This document shows, piece after piece, positions 24,918 through 25,450 of a stretch of 25,450 bases of DNA. The translations under genes and the position numbers were made by a program. Source of the DNA: a virus (lineage: Duplodnaviria > Caudoviricetes); IMG/VR virus record IMGVR_UViG_3300044448_000819, positions 1 to 25,450 of that record. One strand, written 5' to 3'. The notes under the pieces are model-generated. The model did not search any database. It was not told where the DNA came from and saw nothing but the letters and a program-made list of their open reading frames with translations. The number at the start of each line of letters is the position of its first letter. Within the stretch, counting starts at the first letter, position 1.

Positions 24918-25269
24918 TTGCATCTACCTTTACTGCCGATATGCGGACGACTTGTTTGTCGTCCACCCATGCGACTTTGTTTAGAGCATCTAAAGTTAAT
25001 TTGACATAGTTGTCTAAGTCCCCTCGTAACGTTTTAGCGTCATGAGGAGACTCTAGCACAGTTAAGACTGTCTCTGTGGGGGAATAGCGTAAAGTTATTT
25101 CCACAGGACAATCTAAAGTTTCTCCTACTTGTTCTTCCCACGCCTGTTTCACATAATCTTCTGCTTCCATCGTTGTCTTGGGAGTAAACCCATGCCCTTT
25201 TTTTGTCCAACGAGGTCGTGCTTTTACTTTCGGTCTGCGGTTTATTATTACTGTGTGCGCTTTAGTCAT
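24901..25269 (-). CDS. rusA: RusA-family Holliday junction resolvase
   Basis: PKVKARPR and GDLDNYVKLTLDALN..AWVDDKQVV catalytic motif; ATG at 25269 overlaps the upstream stop. Confidence 0.88.
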   Translation of the reverse strand: MTKAHTVIINRRPKVKARPRWTKKGHGFTPKTTMEAEDYVKQAWEEQVGETLDCPVEITLRYSPTETVLTVLESPHDAKTLRGDLDNYVKLTLDALNKVAWVDDKQVVRISAVKVDANDSTD

Positions 25270-25450
25270 TCTTCCATTCCTCTCACTGACCGTTGGGCAC
25301 GAACTACAGTTTCCCACAAACGTTTTCTGCCATCTGGTCGGTTGGCAAACTTGCCTCCCCAATCTCTGTCGGCGGATTCCAGTTCAGTCATTATGTCGGC
25401 TGATCCAAATCCTTGTTTATGCATGGCGCAAGCAAGAGAGAACAAAGTAC
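25266..25450 (-). CDS. C-terminal end of a probable primase/primase-polymerase (truncated by the window)
   Basis: Open frame TLFSLACAMHKQGFGSADIMTELESADRDWGGKFANRPDGRKRLWETVVRA resembles helical C-terminal domains of RepB-like phage primases; ATGA overlap with rusA. Confidence 0.45.
   Translation of the reverse strand, partial: TLFSLACAMHKQGFGSADIMTELESADRDWGGKFANRPDGRKRLWETVVRAQRSVRGMEE

Noticed and set aside
1-25450. tRNA, rRNA, integrase or transposase genes
   Set aside because: None recognised; the window is almost fully protein-coding. A tRNAscan/Infernal run would be needed to exclude small RNAs formally.

Overview
A 25.4 kb piece of a tailed dsDNA phage genome with podovirus-type architecture. 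The + strand (1-24028) is one densely coupled late operon: a LysM-like protein, terminase, portal, scaffold, major capsid, adaptor and nozzle, two tail fibres, several microproteins, three probable ejection proteins (up to 2178 aa) and a lysis region (M15 peptidase endolysin, r1t-type holin). It meets a convergent - strand early/middle arm carrying a stand-alone sigma-70 region-4-like protein, a putative nuclease-fold protein, a RusA resolvase and the end of a probable primase. The ferredoxin style, r1t holin and Zn-ribbon microprotein suggest an actinobacterial, possibly Acidimicrobiia-like, host (inference). Three observations stand out. (1) The terminase large subunit is split into separate ATPase and nuclease genes, with a CxxDxxC ferredoxin gene between them, bounded by an 11-bp direct repeat. 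(2) A recurrent GGGACA-N14-(T/A)AT(A/G) motif sits at module boundaries and is a candidate target of the stand-alone sigma4 protein. (3) An unannotated 31-aa peptide resembles the free C-terminal redox tail (C-x7-CxxC-Q) of a ribonucleotide reductase alpha subunit. All calls are from motif recognition by eye; no database searches were run.
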